Origin: Nitrosopumilus sp.
GTDB taxonomy: Archaea > Thermoproteota > Nitrososphaeria > Nitrososphaerales > Nitrosopumilaceae
Assembly: GCA_965218695.1 (NCBI GenBank)
Contig: OZ244651.1
Span: forward strand, 1,824,001-1,888,000
Reading direction: 5' to 3'
Length of the DNA: 64,000 bases
Below, in pieces: positions 31,684 to 41,415 of the stretch. A program made the translations under genes and the position numbers. Below the pieces are notes generated by a model. The model did no database searches, had not been told where the DNA came from, and saw nothing but the letters and a program-made list of their open reading frames with translations. Every line of letters starts with the position of its first letter. Within the stretch, counting starts at the first letter, position 1.

Positions 31684-33209
31684 GTAAGTGTTCACGTCGT
31701 GCCTAATTCAGTTCACTCTTGGGTAAATTTTGTGCAAACCACAGATCCAAATAGGATGGTAATCCAAACCCGATGTGAAAAGCCAGGCTGAACTCAAAAA
31801 GATGTACACGGATCTCAAGACTGAGAACATCAAGCTCAAGCAGACGATTGAGATGCAAGGGCAGATAATTGAGGAATTGAATCTGGCAGTTGCTGATCTT
31901 AAGCGCAGGCTGGTGCGGCATGACAATTACAACACCCCGTCATCACAAAAAAGGGGGCCCGGATGGCCTGACACAAAGGGAAAAGGCGACGAAAAGAATG
32001 CCTACAATAAATCCACAAAAGCCTCCCGGGATCAAAAGGACCGCGTGGATGCGGCCGGCAGCGGGAAGTCGCGCGGGGGGCAAAAAGGCCACATGGGCCG
32101 CACCCGCAAGCCAAAACCCACCGAGTTTGAGGAACACACCCCGGAGGCCTGCCCCGAATGCGGCTCGGGTAGCCTTTCCATAGTGCAGTCAGAAAAACGC
32201 GACATTACCAGAGTGGAGCGCACGATAAAGGTCATCACCACGCGCCACACCATAAACACGTGTCGCTGCTCCTGCGGTCTGGTGGACATCAAGCCCGAGA
32301 CCGGCCTTCCAGACAAGGGCAGCTACGATCCGAGCATAACGACTGATGTTGCAGACGATTACGTGTGTCGCATGCCGTTTAGGATGATCGCAGACCGCAT
32401 GTCGCGGTACGGAATTACACTCTCCTCGGGCACGGCGCACAACATAATGCGCAGGCTGGGAACGTCGCTGGGCGCCCCTGCGGCAGCCATTGCCGCCATG
32501 ATACGCAAGGCCAAGATACTGCACGCCGACGAGACATCGATTCACCTAAACGGCCGCAACGTCTGGGTGTGGATACTGCACGATCCGCTGACCGGGCACG
32601 CGCTGTACGTGATACGGGACAGCCGGGGGGCAAAGGTTCTGAAAGAAGCGCTTGGGGGTTGGGACGGCACGTTAGTGTGCGACGGCTGGACGGCGTACGG
32701 AAAATACCGCGTCCAGCGCTGCTGGTCGCACATAATACGCGAGGCCAGGGACATCTGCAACCGCAATCCGGACTGCCCAGGCGCGCGCAACGTCCTGAAG
32801 CACCTGCGCATAATCTATGATTATGCCAGAAGGGCAAGCAGGAAACGCTCGCGCTCTCTCCGGGACAACGCGTCTGCCATGCTGACGTCATGCATCGAAA
32901 AGATCGTTGCAAGGTACGCCGACGATCCAATATTGGAAAAATTCATGGTCAAGATCAGCAATGCTGGCAGCGACCTGTTCCGGTTCGTGCTGAACCCAAA
33001 GATCCCGCCTACAAACAATGCTGCAGAACGCGGGTTGCGCGAGATAGTCGTGCACAGAAAAATACGGGGCAGCATAAGGGCAGAGGAGACGATGACGTGG
33101 ATGGCGAATTTCTTTTCATGTGTAATGACATGGAAAAACAAGAAATTGGATTACTTGGCGGAGATTGCAAAATACGCCTAAAAATGAGTTAAACCACGTG
33201 AACACTTAC
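31684..33209 (+). mobile_element. IS66-family element (single ORF, ISBst12-like), 1526 bp
   Basis: TIRs GTAAGTGTTCACGT / ACGTGAACACTTAC; 8-bp duplication CACTATAG at 31676-83 and 33210-17. Confidence 0.93.
31775..33181 (+). CDS. IS66 transposase
   Basis: Coiled coil, GGQKGH, CPECG zinc finger, HADET, VCDGW, QRCWSH and TNNAAERGLR motifs. Confidence 0.92.
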   Translation: MKSQAELKKMYTDLKTENIKLKQTIEMQGQIIEELNLAVADLKRRLVRHDNYNTPSSQKRGPGWPDTKGKGDEKNAYNKSTKASRDQKDRVDAAGSGKSRGGQKGHMGRTRKPKPTEFEEHTPEACPECGSGSLSIVQSEKRDITRVERTIKVITTRHTINTCRCSCGLVDIKPETGLPDKGSYDPSITTDVADDYVCRMPFRMIADRMSRYGITLSSGTAHNIMRRLGTSLGAPAAAIAAMIRKAKILHADETSIHLNGRNVWVWILHDPLTGHALYVIRDSRGAKVLKEALGGWDGTLVCDGWTAYGKYRVQRCWSHIIREARDICNRNPDCPGARNVLKHLRIIYDYARRASRKRSRSLRDNASAMLTSCIEKIVARYADDPILEKFMVKISNAGSDLFRFVLNPKIPPTNNAAERGLREIVVHRKIRGSIRAEETMTWMANFFSCVMTWKNKKLDYLAEIAKYA

Positions 33210-34626
33210 CACTATAGATATGATCTTCTTCGATTGTTTTGCGCCTTCTGCGTCCCAAGCCTCTGAATACAAGTCCTGCCTCTTCTGCCAAGTGTATGTC
33301 AACTATTCCCCGAGCATCCACTAGGACCGGGGTTCTCATCTTTGCAAAGTGCCCTAGATCAATATCCTGGAATTCTGCGTGTGCCGTGACGATCACGGCC
33401 GCGTCTGTGCCAGATATGGCCTCATTTAAACTAGACTCTGTGCGTATCCCGTATGCCATGACTCCCTTGAAATAGGGATCGTATATCTTGATCATGGCGC
33501 CTGCCCTTCTGGCCTCTAATATTACCGACTCTGCAGGAGAAACCCGCATGTCCATGACATCCGGCTTGTATGATACACCCAAAACCAGTACCATCGAGGA
33601 CTCGATCTCCTTACCTGCCTCTCGTAGGGCGTCCTTAAGCAGATCCACCACATATGCTGGCATCTGCTCATTTACCTGTCTTCCCGTCTCTATGATTCTT
33701 GGCAGTCTGCCGCCAGTCGCCCTAGCGGAGTTGAGTAGTTGATATGAGTTTGCCGGAAGACATGGGCCTCCCACTCCCGCCCCTGGATAGTGGATCTGAA
33801 AGTTGTACTTGCTGTTGGCAGCCTCCAAGACTTCCTTGGTGTCTATGCCAAGCCTGTCAAAGAGCAATGCCAGCTCGTTTACAAAGGCAATGTTAACGTC
33901 CCGAAAGACATTGGCGACCAGTTTGGCGGCGTTGGCAGTCTTGCAGTCTGGTACCATTCTAAAGTCTACAGGGAATGCGTGCCTATAGACCTCTGCAATC
34001 TTCTTAGCAGTCTTCCCGTCTGTAGCACCCACCAGCCTTGGCAGTCTTGCAAAGTCCCTGAGGATCTCACCGGGGTTTGCAGCCTCTGGACACACACCCA
34101 CACCTACATTAACACCTGCCATGGCTTCAGCCTTGCCACCCTCCACCAAGCCCAGAAACTCATTCTCCAAGAATCCGGGCTCAATGGTACTTTCCACTAC
34201 AATTACGGAACCGACCCTTATCAGATCGCTTAGCTGTCTACTCACCGTTCTCAGTGCAGAATAGTCAGGTATGTTGTCACCTGCCACTGGTGTAGGTAGG
34301 GACAACACTACGATATCCGAACATGAGATACCGTCTTCTAGGCTTGTAGTTACCCTGAACAGCCCGTCATCTACTACCTGCCTGAAGACGTCCTCAAGGC
34401 CGGGCTCATCCTTGAGGGAAAAATTTCCAGAGGACAGCCTTGCCACCAAATCTTTGTCTATGTCTACCCCGACGGTTTTGAAGCCGGATCTTGCAAACAT
34501 CAGTGCTGTCGGCAGTCCGATCCTGCCGATTCCCACTACGCATACGGACACTTCGTTCTTTTCAACCAACCTCCTAACCTCTTCGAGCTCAAGCGAAAAT
34601 ATACTGTGAACCATGTGCCTGTTCAT
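33178..34626 (-). CDS. UDP-N-acetylhexosamine (nucleotide-sugar) dehydrogenase, WecC-like; last residues supplied by the IS
   Basis: GIGRIGLP, LPTP, ESTIEPG, PGAGVGGPC and LGVSYKPD motifs. Confidence 0.9.
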   Translation of the reverse strand: MNRHMVHSIFSLELEEVRRLVEKNEVSVCVVGIGRIGLPTALMFARSGFKTVGVDIDKDLVARLSSGNFSLKDEPGLEDVFRQVVDDGLFRVTTSLEDGISCSDIVVLSLPTPVAGDNIPDYSALRTVSRQLSDLIRVGSVIVVESTIEPGFLENEFLGLVEGGKAEAMAGVNVGVGVCPEAANPGEILRDFARLPRLVGATDGKTAKKIAEVYRHAFPVDFRMVPDCKTANAAKLVANVFRDVNIAFVNELALLFDRLGIDTKEVLEAANSKYNFQIHYPGAGVGGPCLPANSYQLLNSARATGGRLPRIIETGRQVNEQMPAYVVDLLKDALREAGKEIESSMVLVLGVSYKPDVMDMRVSPAESVILEARRAGAMIKIYDPYFKGVMAYGIRTESSLNEAISGTDAAVIVTAHAEFQDIDLGHFAKMRTPVLVDARGIVDIHLAEEAGLVFRGLGRRRRKTIEEDHIYSGKCSRGLTHF

Positions 34627-34710
34627 TCTGATGTGTGCGCGTACCTGTCTTTAATAGTGTTATAGGAACCAGATCAAATGGTTAAATTCCTCCTATCCAG
34701 TGCCATACAC

Positions 34711-35631
34711 ATGAACTTTGCAGTAACTGGAGGCGCAGGATTCATAGGAAGTCACTTGGTACGCCGTCTGGTCTCTGAGGGACACAACGTCACTATAATC
34801 GACGACTTCGCCCGCGGCAACCTAGCCAACCTGGACGGCATACATGAGAAGATACACATTAAGAAGATGGATATCTGTGACCTAGACGCACTGGACGGTG
34901 CATTACAAGGAACAGACGGCATATTCCACCAAGCTGCACTGGGTTCTGTCCCGGAATCATGGAAGAATCCGGACACGTACCATAGGGTGAACGTAGGGGG
35001 GACCAAGAATGTCTTTAAGACTGCAAGCAAGCACCACATCAAGGTAGTCTATGCCAGCAGTGCCAGCATATACGGAGACATCAAAAAGATACCCATCACC
35101 GAGGATTTTGAGAGAAAACCCATCAACCCCTACGGCAAGACAAAGTTTGACTGCGAGGTTTTGGCAGAAGGATATGTAAAGGATGGATCACAGATAATTG
35201 GACTGCGATACTTTAACGTGTTTGGAACAGGACAGAATCCAGCCTATGCCGGGGTAATAACAAACTTCATGAATCGACTAACCGCTGGGAAAGCTCCCAT
35301 AATCTTTGGTGATGGAACCCAGATCAGAGACTTTACCTTTGTAGGTGACGTGGTGGAGGCCAACCTGGCCGCGATGGGAAGCGGCATCGTGGAAGGATTC
35401 TTCAATATTGGTGGAGGAAAGTCCACTACACTTACAGATCTTGCGCAAATCATGACAAGACTGTCAGGGGAAAATGTGGAACCCACATATGAGAATCCCA
35501 GACCAGGAGATGCAGAGATTAGCACGGCTGACATATCCAAGGCCACAAGGCTGTTAGGATGGAGGCCCAAGACATCCCTCGAGGATGGACTGCAAACTCT
35601 GTTTCAGGGTTCTGCCAACAAGTCCTCGTAG
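34711..35631 (+). CDS. NAD-dependent nucleotide-sugar epimerase/dehydratase
   Basis: TGGAGFIG, YGKTK and LRYFNVFG motifs. Confidence 0.92.
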   Translation: MNFAVTGGAGFIGSHLVRRLVSEGHNVTIIDDFARGNLANLDGIHEKIHIKKMDICDLDALDGALQGTDGIFHQAALGSVPESWKNPDTYHRVNVGGTKNVFKTASKHHIKVVYASSASIYGDIKKIPITEDFERKPINPYGKTKFDCEVLAEGYVKDGSQIIGLRYFNVFGTGQNPAYAGVITNFMNRLTAGKAPIIFGDGTQIRDFTFVGDVVEANLAAMGSGIVEGFFNIGGGKSTTLTDLAQIMTRLSGENVEPTYENPRPGDAEISTADISKATRLLGWRPKTSLEDGLQTLFQGSANKSS

Positions 35632-36554
35632 AACTTGACGTATCGCGGCAGCATGACATCCCATGTCAGATTCTCCATGGCATACCTGTACCCTTTCTCT
35701 GTAAAGGAACGTGCCGTGTCCTTCTCACGAAGCATCCTGTTTACCGAAGTAACCAACTGTTCTGGATCCTCCGGGGAGATCAGCAGTCCGGTCTCCTCGT
35801 TGGTAATTACCTCTGAGACTCCACCCACATCAGTAGCCACGACAGGAACACCTAGGTAAAAGGCCTCCAGAATTACCTGCGGCAGGCTCTCCACTCTAGA
35901 TGGCAAGACAAGAACACTTGACTCTTTGAGCTTAAGCATCGCATCCTTCCAGTCAAGATCCGTGCAATATATCACGTCAGCGTCGATCTTTTCCTCTACA
36001 CCTCTGAGTATGTCTATTCCCTTCTCATAGCTGTCCCGACCAACGTATACTACTTGCCTCTTTTTTGGGACATCTGGAATGTCTGCAAACTCGTCTGGAT
36101 CAAGTGGCGATATAGTACACGCAAAGTCGACACCAAGTTTTTCCATGTACCTCCTTCTGGTTGCCTCCGAATCGGTGGCCAGCTTGTCTGCCCACCGTAT
36201 TGCCTGGGACTCTGCAAATGCGATCAGACATCCCGGCGTCTTGGAGTGAATTATATCCATCTGATCCGAAAATACCCCGTGAATGGACAGTATCCTCTTT
36301 TTTGCCCTAGTGCACCGCATGGCAATCGCAGATGGAACGTTAAATGCATGAACTATGTCGTATGATTCGGTGTTTAAAAGTGCCTTGATGGCGGCAAGTA
36401 TGGCAAAGCTCGGATTCTTTAGGTTTTTGATCGGTATGTGGGGTGCCTCAAATAGACTTACCTCAAAGCCTTGTTCAGCAAGCTTCTTGTAGATTCTTGT
36501 GATGAATACTCCTATTCCTCCCGTATATGAGGATGCAATAAAGAGTATCTTCAT
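35604..36554 (-). CDS. GT4 glycosyltransferase
   Basis: PSRVESLPQVILEA and ATDVGG motifs; start taken at MKILF. Confidence 0.88.
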   Translation of the reverse strand: MKILFIASSYTGGIGVFITRIYKKLAEQGFEVSLFEAPHIPIKNLKNPSFAILAAIKALLNTESYDIVHAFNVPSAIAMRCTRAKKRILSIHGVFSDQMDIIHSKTPGCLIAFAESQAIRWADKLATDSEATRRRYMEKLGVDFACTISPLDPDEFADIPDVPKKRQVVYVGRDSYEKGIDILRGVEEKIDADVIYCTDLDWKDAMLKLKESSVLVLPSRVESLPQVILEAFYLGVPVVATDVGGVSEVITNEETGLLISPEDPEQLVTSVNRMLREKDTARSFTEKGYRYAMENLTWDVMLPRYVKFYEDLLAEP

Positions 36555-36703
36555 GGAATGTACCCCACGATTCTGTATCTCGCATAACGGTTTTATCTGT
36601 AACTTAGCCAAGTATTTGAACAGAATGTATCCCAGCCAACCAGATCCCACGATCTGAATCGCCATACATTTTACCAACATTCAAACGGCAGTTATGTAAA
36701 GGA

Positions 36704-38206
36704 CTACTCTGTGGAGTTTTTGCGTCTGGATATCTCCGATAGTGCCAGTCGGAACAGTCTTCTGGTCTTGTAGTCGATCGCATACGTGATACCAATGTAT
36801 GTTACACCACACAACACCAGTTCCAAAAGCAACCCAGGCACATACGAGTAGATGCTTGCCTCGAACTCGACTATGTGTTCGTTTGTGAGCATAAAGACTA
36901 CCACAATAGCCGCACCGCCGGCCAAGTGTCTGAGGATAACAGGGTATGGTATGCGGAACGGTGCATGCCTCTTGACAAGAAAACCATAGTAGACAACAAA
37001 GGGAACAGATACGGTAAGAAATACCGCAGACCAGATTGCGACCAGATCCAGATCTGACATACCACTGAAGGCGAACAGAGATACGGCCAGCACGCCAAGG
37101 TAGAGCACGTGGTGAACGTTTGCTAGGGTTCCGACCAGAAAGAGCCTACTTTTCAGCAAGGCAGATGCACGCGGCCTCTCATCTGCATCCACCGTATCAG
37201 TGCCCATTAGCACCTGCTGGAAGAAGTCGATCAATACACGCACAAGTGCATTGAGTGCAAGCAGCACGGCGGCAAACCACGCCCCGGCATATTCGGGGTT
37301 CAGCAGGAACATCGCATGTCGGGAGAAGAGAATAGCCACTACCAGTAGCGGTACGGCAAAGTACATCACCCACGTAAAATTCTCGGATATGTGATCCCGG
37401 CTTCCCTCTGCCAACAGCTTCGGGTACAGTGCCTGCGAGATACGTCCTGCACGACCCACGATTCCTGCCACTGCCATGGCAGCTGCATAGTATGCTACCC
37501 CCACGACAGAGCCTACTATTATGGTGTATATGATGACGTCCAAGCTGACCAGCACGCCGGGTATGCGCCCATACAGTGGAATCCAGGCCTGCCTGATCCA
37601 GTCCTTCAGGTATGAAAAGTCAAGTAGGACTGCAAGTTTTGGTCTGGCATAGCGCAGTTGGATTGCTATGTCCACAAGATACGCAGCAAATACTGCAAGA
37701 ATGGCTCCGTCTAGACCCAGTCCAAGGAAGAAGACCAGTCCCAGTCCTGCAGGTATCTTTACAGATTGGAAGACTGCCATTCCGATGCTGACTGCGTGCG
37801 GCTTGTGGCCCAGATTGACAGCTGAGAGAGTACCACGCACGAATGTCACCGGGATTAGAATTGCGCCCAGTATCATGGAGTCAAGGAATGTGGCCTCGAT
37901 ATTGGCAAAGAGTAGCACGGATACTACGTATATGGGAATGGAACCGCCGGCAAAGAGCGAGGTGGATGCCATAGACGTCCTCCCGACAGGTTTTCCTCTT
38001 GCGACCTGTCTCGTGATCCAGTAGGAGATTATCGGCTCGGCGGTGGCAGAGTAGGAGGCCATGCTTCCAATGACTATCCAGACCCCAAATTCCTCGGGCG
38101 TCAGTTGACGGGTCACTATAATGGTAAATGCTAGACCGGCCAGAATGCCACCCATTGCCACGGCAAATCCGAGCAGGCCAGAGTACGTGACCCGTATGCT
38201 ATCCAA
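36704..38206 (-). CDS. polysaccharide flippase-like (MATE/Wzx-type) membrane protein
   Basis: About 14 TM segments; N-terminal TRQLTPEEFG; located in the glycan locus. Confidence 0.8.
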   Translation of the reverse strand: MDSIRVTYSGLLGFAVAMGGILAGLAFTIIVTRQLTPEEFGVWIVIGSMASYSATAEPIISYWITRQVARGKPVGRTSMASTSLFAGGSIPIYVVSVLLFANIEATFLDSMILGAILIPVTFVRGTLSAVNLGHKPHAVSIGMAVFQSVKIPAGLGLVFFLGLGLDGAILAVFAAYLVDIAIQLRYARPKLAVLLDFSYLKDWIRQAWIPLYGRIPGVLVSLDVIIYTIIVGSVVGVAYYAAAMAVAGIVGRAGRISQALYPKLLAEGSRDHISENFTWVMYFAVPLLVVAILFSRHAMFLLNPEYAGAWFAAVLLALNALVRVLIDFFQQVLMGTDTVDADERPRASALLKSRLFLVGTLANVHHVLYLGVLAVSLFAFSGMSDLDLVAIWSAVFLTVSVPFVVYYGFLVKRHAPFRIPYPVILRHLAGGAAIVVVFMLTNEHIVEFEASIYSYVPGLLLELVLCGVTYIGITYAIDYKTRRLFRLALSEISRRKNSTE

Positions 38207-38662
38207 TTTATTCTAGTGACACAACACCATTAATAACGTGATCACATAGCGTTGGGGAGTTTGCACAGTGTCATGAACGGGCATCAGATGGCCCATTCTG
38301 GAATTGCGTGTGTGGCAAGAGGAATCCAAGACACGTTGCCAGATACGGCACCTTGCAGCAGCATGGGTGTCGCAAAACCACCTTGACATAGTTTGGATGA
38401 ACCTGAATACCTCGCCCTTTTTTAGAGATTCCAAAAATACAAGAGGTTTGAGATGATATTAACGTCAAGCCTCTCTGTATTCTGCGTTGGAAAAGCCTGC
38501 CAGATAATTGGGATCATGCCACGCCAAAATAGTACAGGCGTGTGAATAGATGTAGAATCGCGTATGACTGTTCCATGCTGGGCTTGACTGACATACAACA
38601 GCATGCAAGTTGATTCGTTCCTGCTTGTGGTCCAAGGTCTGGTTTTAGCTTCAAAACATAGA

Positions 38663-39703
38663 TCAGTTGTTAATTGAATTAATTACGGATGTCAAAACCT
38701 TAAAGGGATCACTCATCTGTGATACAAATTTCTCAGACTTTAGTTTAAATGAGGTATTTTCAGAGGATAGCAGTTCGGATGCGGCAGAGACAATCTGTTC
38801 AGGGGTTTTTGCACGGACTAGTAATTTTCTCTTTACAAGATATTTTTCCACCGTGCTGGGAATCGCCTCGTAGGATATGGTTGGAATTTTCCGTAGGACA
38901 GCCTCGGTAGTCATGGTTCCCCCGGATCCGACAAACACGTCGGTTATCGAAAAGATGGCATTGCCGTCAACCACATCATCAAGAATTATGAGATCCTGTT
39001 TTGCATATTTTTTCTTAAGATCCTCTATCTCGTCAAAATATCTGCCCATCACGATTATGTTATAATTTTTAAATTCTTTAATCAACGAGTCGATTATCTT
39101 TTTAATATCCGTATGATACGGAACATACGCTGCCTGCGACTCGTGGGTTCTAAAAAGAATGGTTTTACTGTCTTTTAGTTTCATTTTGGGTAGTTTAAAG
39201 GGAACATTATTGTTGTTTATAATCAGCAACTCGTCCATGGCGTCATATTTGATGATGTCTTTTGACTCTATTCCATACCTGCTAAATTCCTTTTTAGTAA
39301 TGTAGGACGGGATCAGGAGTTTCGTTAAAAGTGGAACAGTCAGCCTCATGACAGCGTCATGGTGGGGGGAGTTGGAAAACCCTATGTGTTTTATTCCCAG
39401 ACCAAACGAGATTCTTGCCGCGTCCGGGGAGCAGAAACTGATTGCAAGATCCGGCACAAACCCTTGAATTTTTTCAGACAACAAACGCATTCGGTCAATG
39501 CTTGCATTCAGTTTTCCAGATAATTTGCCTCCGCCAAACTTTCCTACTGGTTCCAACTGGAGGTTACGAATTTTTCCCAATTCGTTGACCTCCCTGTAAT
39601 TTCTGGATGTGCACAGTATGGTGTGTGTTTTCTCCAGCCTGTGAACCATGGATTCGAAAAACAGTATCTCTTTTGGGGTCAGTATGTCAAACCAGATTTT
39701 CAA
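38663..39703 (-). CDS. DUF354 family protein (GT-B fold)
   Basis: KIWFDILTPK and GSGGTMTTEA motifs. Confidence 0.85.
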   Translation of the reverse strand: MKIWFDILTPKEILFFESMVHRLEKTHTILCTSRNYREVNELGKIRNLQLEPVGKFGGGKLSGKLNASIDRMRLLSEKIQGFVPDLAISFCSPDAARISFGLGIKHIGFSNSPHHDAVMRLTVPLLTKLLIPSYITKKEFSRYGIESKDIIKYDAMDELLIINNNNVPFKLPKMKLKDSKTILFRTHESQAAYVPYHTDIKKIIDSLIKEFKNYNIIVMGRYFDEIEDLKKKYAKQDLIILDDVVDGNAIFSITDVFVGSGGTMTTEAVLRKIPTISYEAIPSTVEKYLVKRKLLVRAKTPEQIVSAASELLSSENTSFKLKSEKFVSQMSDPFKVLTSVINSINN

Positions 39704-39997
39704 GTGGTTGTATGAAAAGAGGAAACACAAAATAAAGTTTTACGGAATCCCGATGGATATGCAGGTCTCTCAGGGTTTTCCTGCATAATGAGTTGGATCG
39801 TCTTCCTGCAGAGGCCTTACATTTCATGTATTCATAATTTTGAGAGATAATTTGTTTGTCCTGAGAACGGTTCTGAGCACATTCACATGGCCAACAGATT
39901 CCAAGCGTGGTAGATTAATGCAGGATAAGTTTCCAGAGAGTCGTATATTGTCGGATAAATATGGCTGGTAAACCGGCTAGAGGTTATTCTCGACTGA

Positions 39998-41308
39998 CTA
40001 CTGCGAATCAGAATCGTCTGGCATCAGGCATTTTTCTTGCGCCTCAGGGATTGTGGCCGGAACAGATGGCATGGTAGGTTCGGCGTGGATCATACCAGTG
40101 TTATCATTTAAATCGGCAGGCACGGTACCGAGATAAAAGTTGTCAAAGTACGCATTCTGGTTCCATTTTGCAATCCAGCCATCACGCAATCCCAAGCCTA
40201 TGGATATGCCGTCATGCCCTGATACGACGTCAGTGATGTCAATGGAGGATCTCTGCCATTCGGTATCAGTTATTCCTCCACGGACAAGCCAATGACGGTA
40301 AATGGTGTTACCCTCACCATCATAGATCTTCACGTATGCATTGGTAACCGAGGAATCCGGTGTGCTGGATGTCGCCCTGTAGTCAACGCTCAAAAACAAT
40401 TCATCGCCCTCATCCAGTCCGCGCAGGTCTACATCCTGCCGTATCTCCGAATTGGCTACAAACCCCTCGCCGCTGATTCTTGCAGACGGTGATGGATTAC
40501 CATTGTTGTAGTCTATGCTAAACTGATAGTCGTTATATGGCACGTATGAGTGGTATTCGCCTATCGATGTAAACAGCATCCACGGTCCATACCCATCAAA
40601 GCTGTCTGTTATGGTTTCAAAGGGAACAGGCAAGGCCCGGGGCGGCGAATCCATCAGGACGTCCACCACAACCTCAAAGCTGGCCTCTGCGGCATTGCAC
40701 GCATCATCAAAGGCAGTACAGGTAACGGTGGTGGAGCCTACAGGAAATACAGAGTGTGAACTGGGGGTGCAGTACACTGCAACGGTGTGATCAACGGTAT
40801 CCGAAGCCCTGGGGGTTGCAAAGTCAATCACAAACGAGTTGCCCGTGGCAAAGGTCATCTGGATTTCAACGGGCACCGTGGTAAAGTATGGCGCCACGCC
40901 ATCGCGCATGGTGACAGTCTGGAGGGCAGTTGCAGTATTGCCGCGGGAGTCTTGGACACTCCATTGTACTATGGTTGTGCCGATGGGAAATGGCCCGGTG
41001 GCGTTGTTGGTAATGGTGAGGTTGGAGTCCCGGTTGTCGGTGGCAGTTGCAGCGCCGATGTCAACGGTACTCAGCCGACCGGTGGCCTCAAGGACCACAT
41101 CTGGGGGAGCAGTGATGGTGGGGGATGTGCTGTCAGCAGAGACTGCCCCCTGCACGGCCTGTAAAAATGCCACTCCTCCATCATCACCAGGTATGGCAAG
41201 TCCGATGCCCAGAATCATTACTGCTGCCACGCCGGCCATGACAGGTACGAAAACGATCTTTGAATTAAAACGAAAAAATGCGCGAGAAACCATGTCTATA
41301 AACACCAA
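39998..41308 (-). CDS. HYR-domain surface protein with a C-terminal beta-sandwich domain
   Basis: N-terminal TM anchor; two HYR repeats (FPIGTTIVQWSVQDSRGN; FPVGSTTVTCTAFD). Confidence 0.8.
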   Translation of the reverse strand: MVFIDMVSRAFFRFNSKIVFVPVMAGVAAVMILGIGLAIPGDDGGVAFLQAVQGAVSADSTSPTITAPPDVVLEATGRLSTVDIGAATATDNRDSNLTITNNATGPFPIGTTIVQWSVQDSRGNTATALQTVTMRDGVAPYFTTVPVEIQMTFATGNSFVIDFATPRASDTVDHTVAVYCTPSSHSVFPVGSTTVTCTAFDDACNAAEASFEVVVDVLMDSPPRALPVPFETITDSFDGYGPWMLFTSIGEYHSYVPYNDYQFSIDYNNGNPSPSARISGEGFVANSEIRQDVDLRGLDEGDELFLSVDYRATSSTPDSSVTNAYVKIYDGEGNTIYRHWLVRGGITDTEWQRSSIDITDVVSGHDGISIGLGLRDGWIAKWNQNAYFDNFYLGTVPADLNDNTGMIHAEPTMPSVPATIPEAQEKCLMPDDSDSQ

Positions 41309-41415
41309 ATATCGTATAATAATGATCTACACCCAACATGGCACCCTGCAGGGATGATGATGGCAAATCAGTATGAAATCAAATAGAATGCATTAGATAA
41401 TTATTTGGAAGACTA

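Noticed and set aside
41351-41400. ATGATGA suggesting a second box C/D RNA
   Set aside because: No convincing C' or D box at suitable spacing and no terminal stem.
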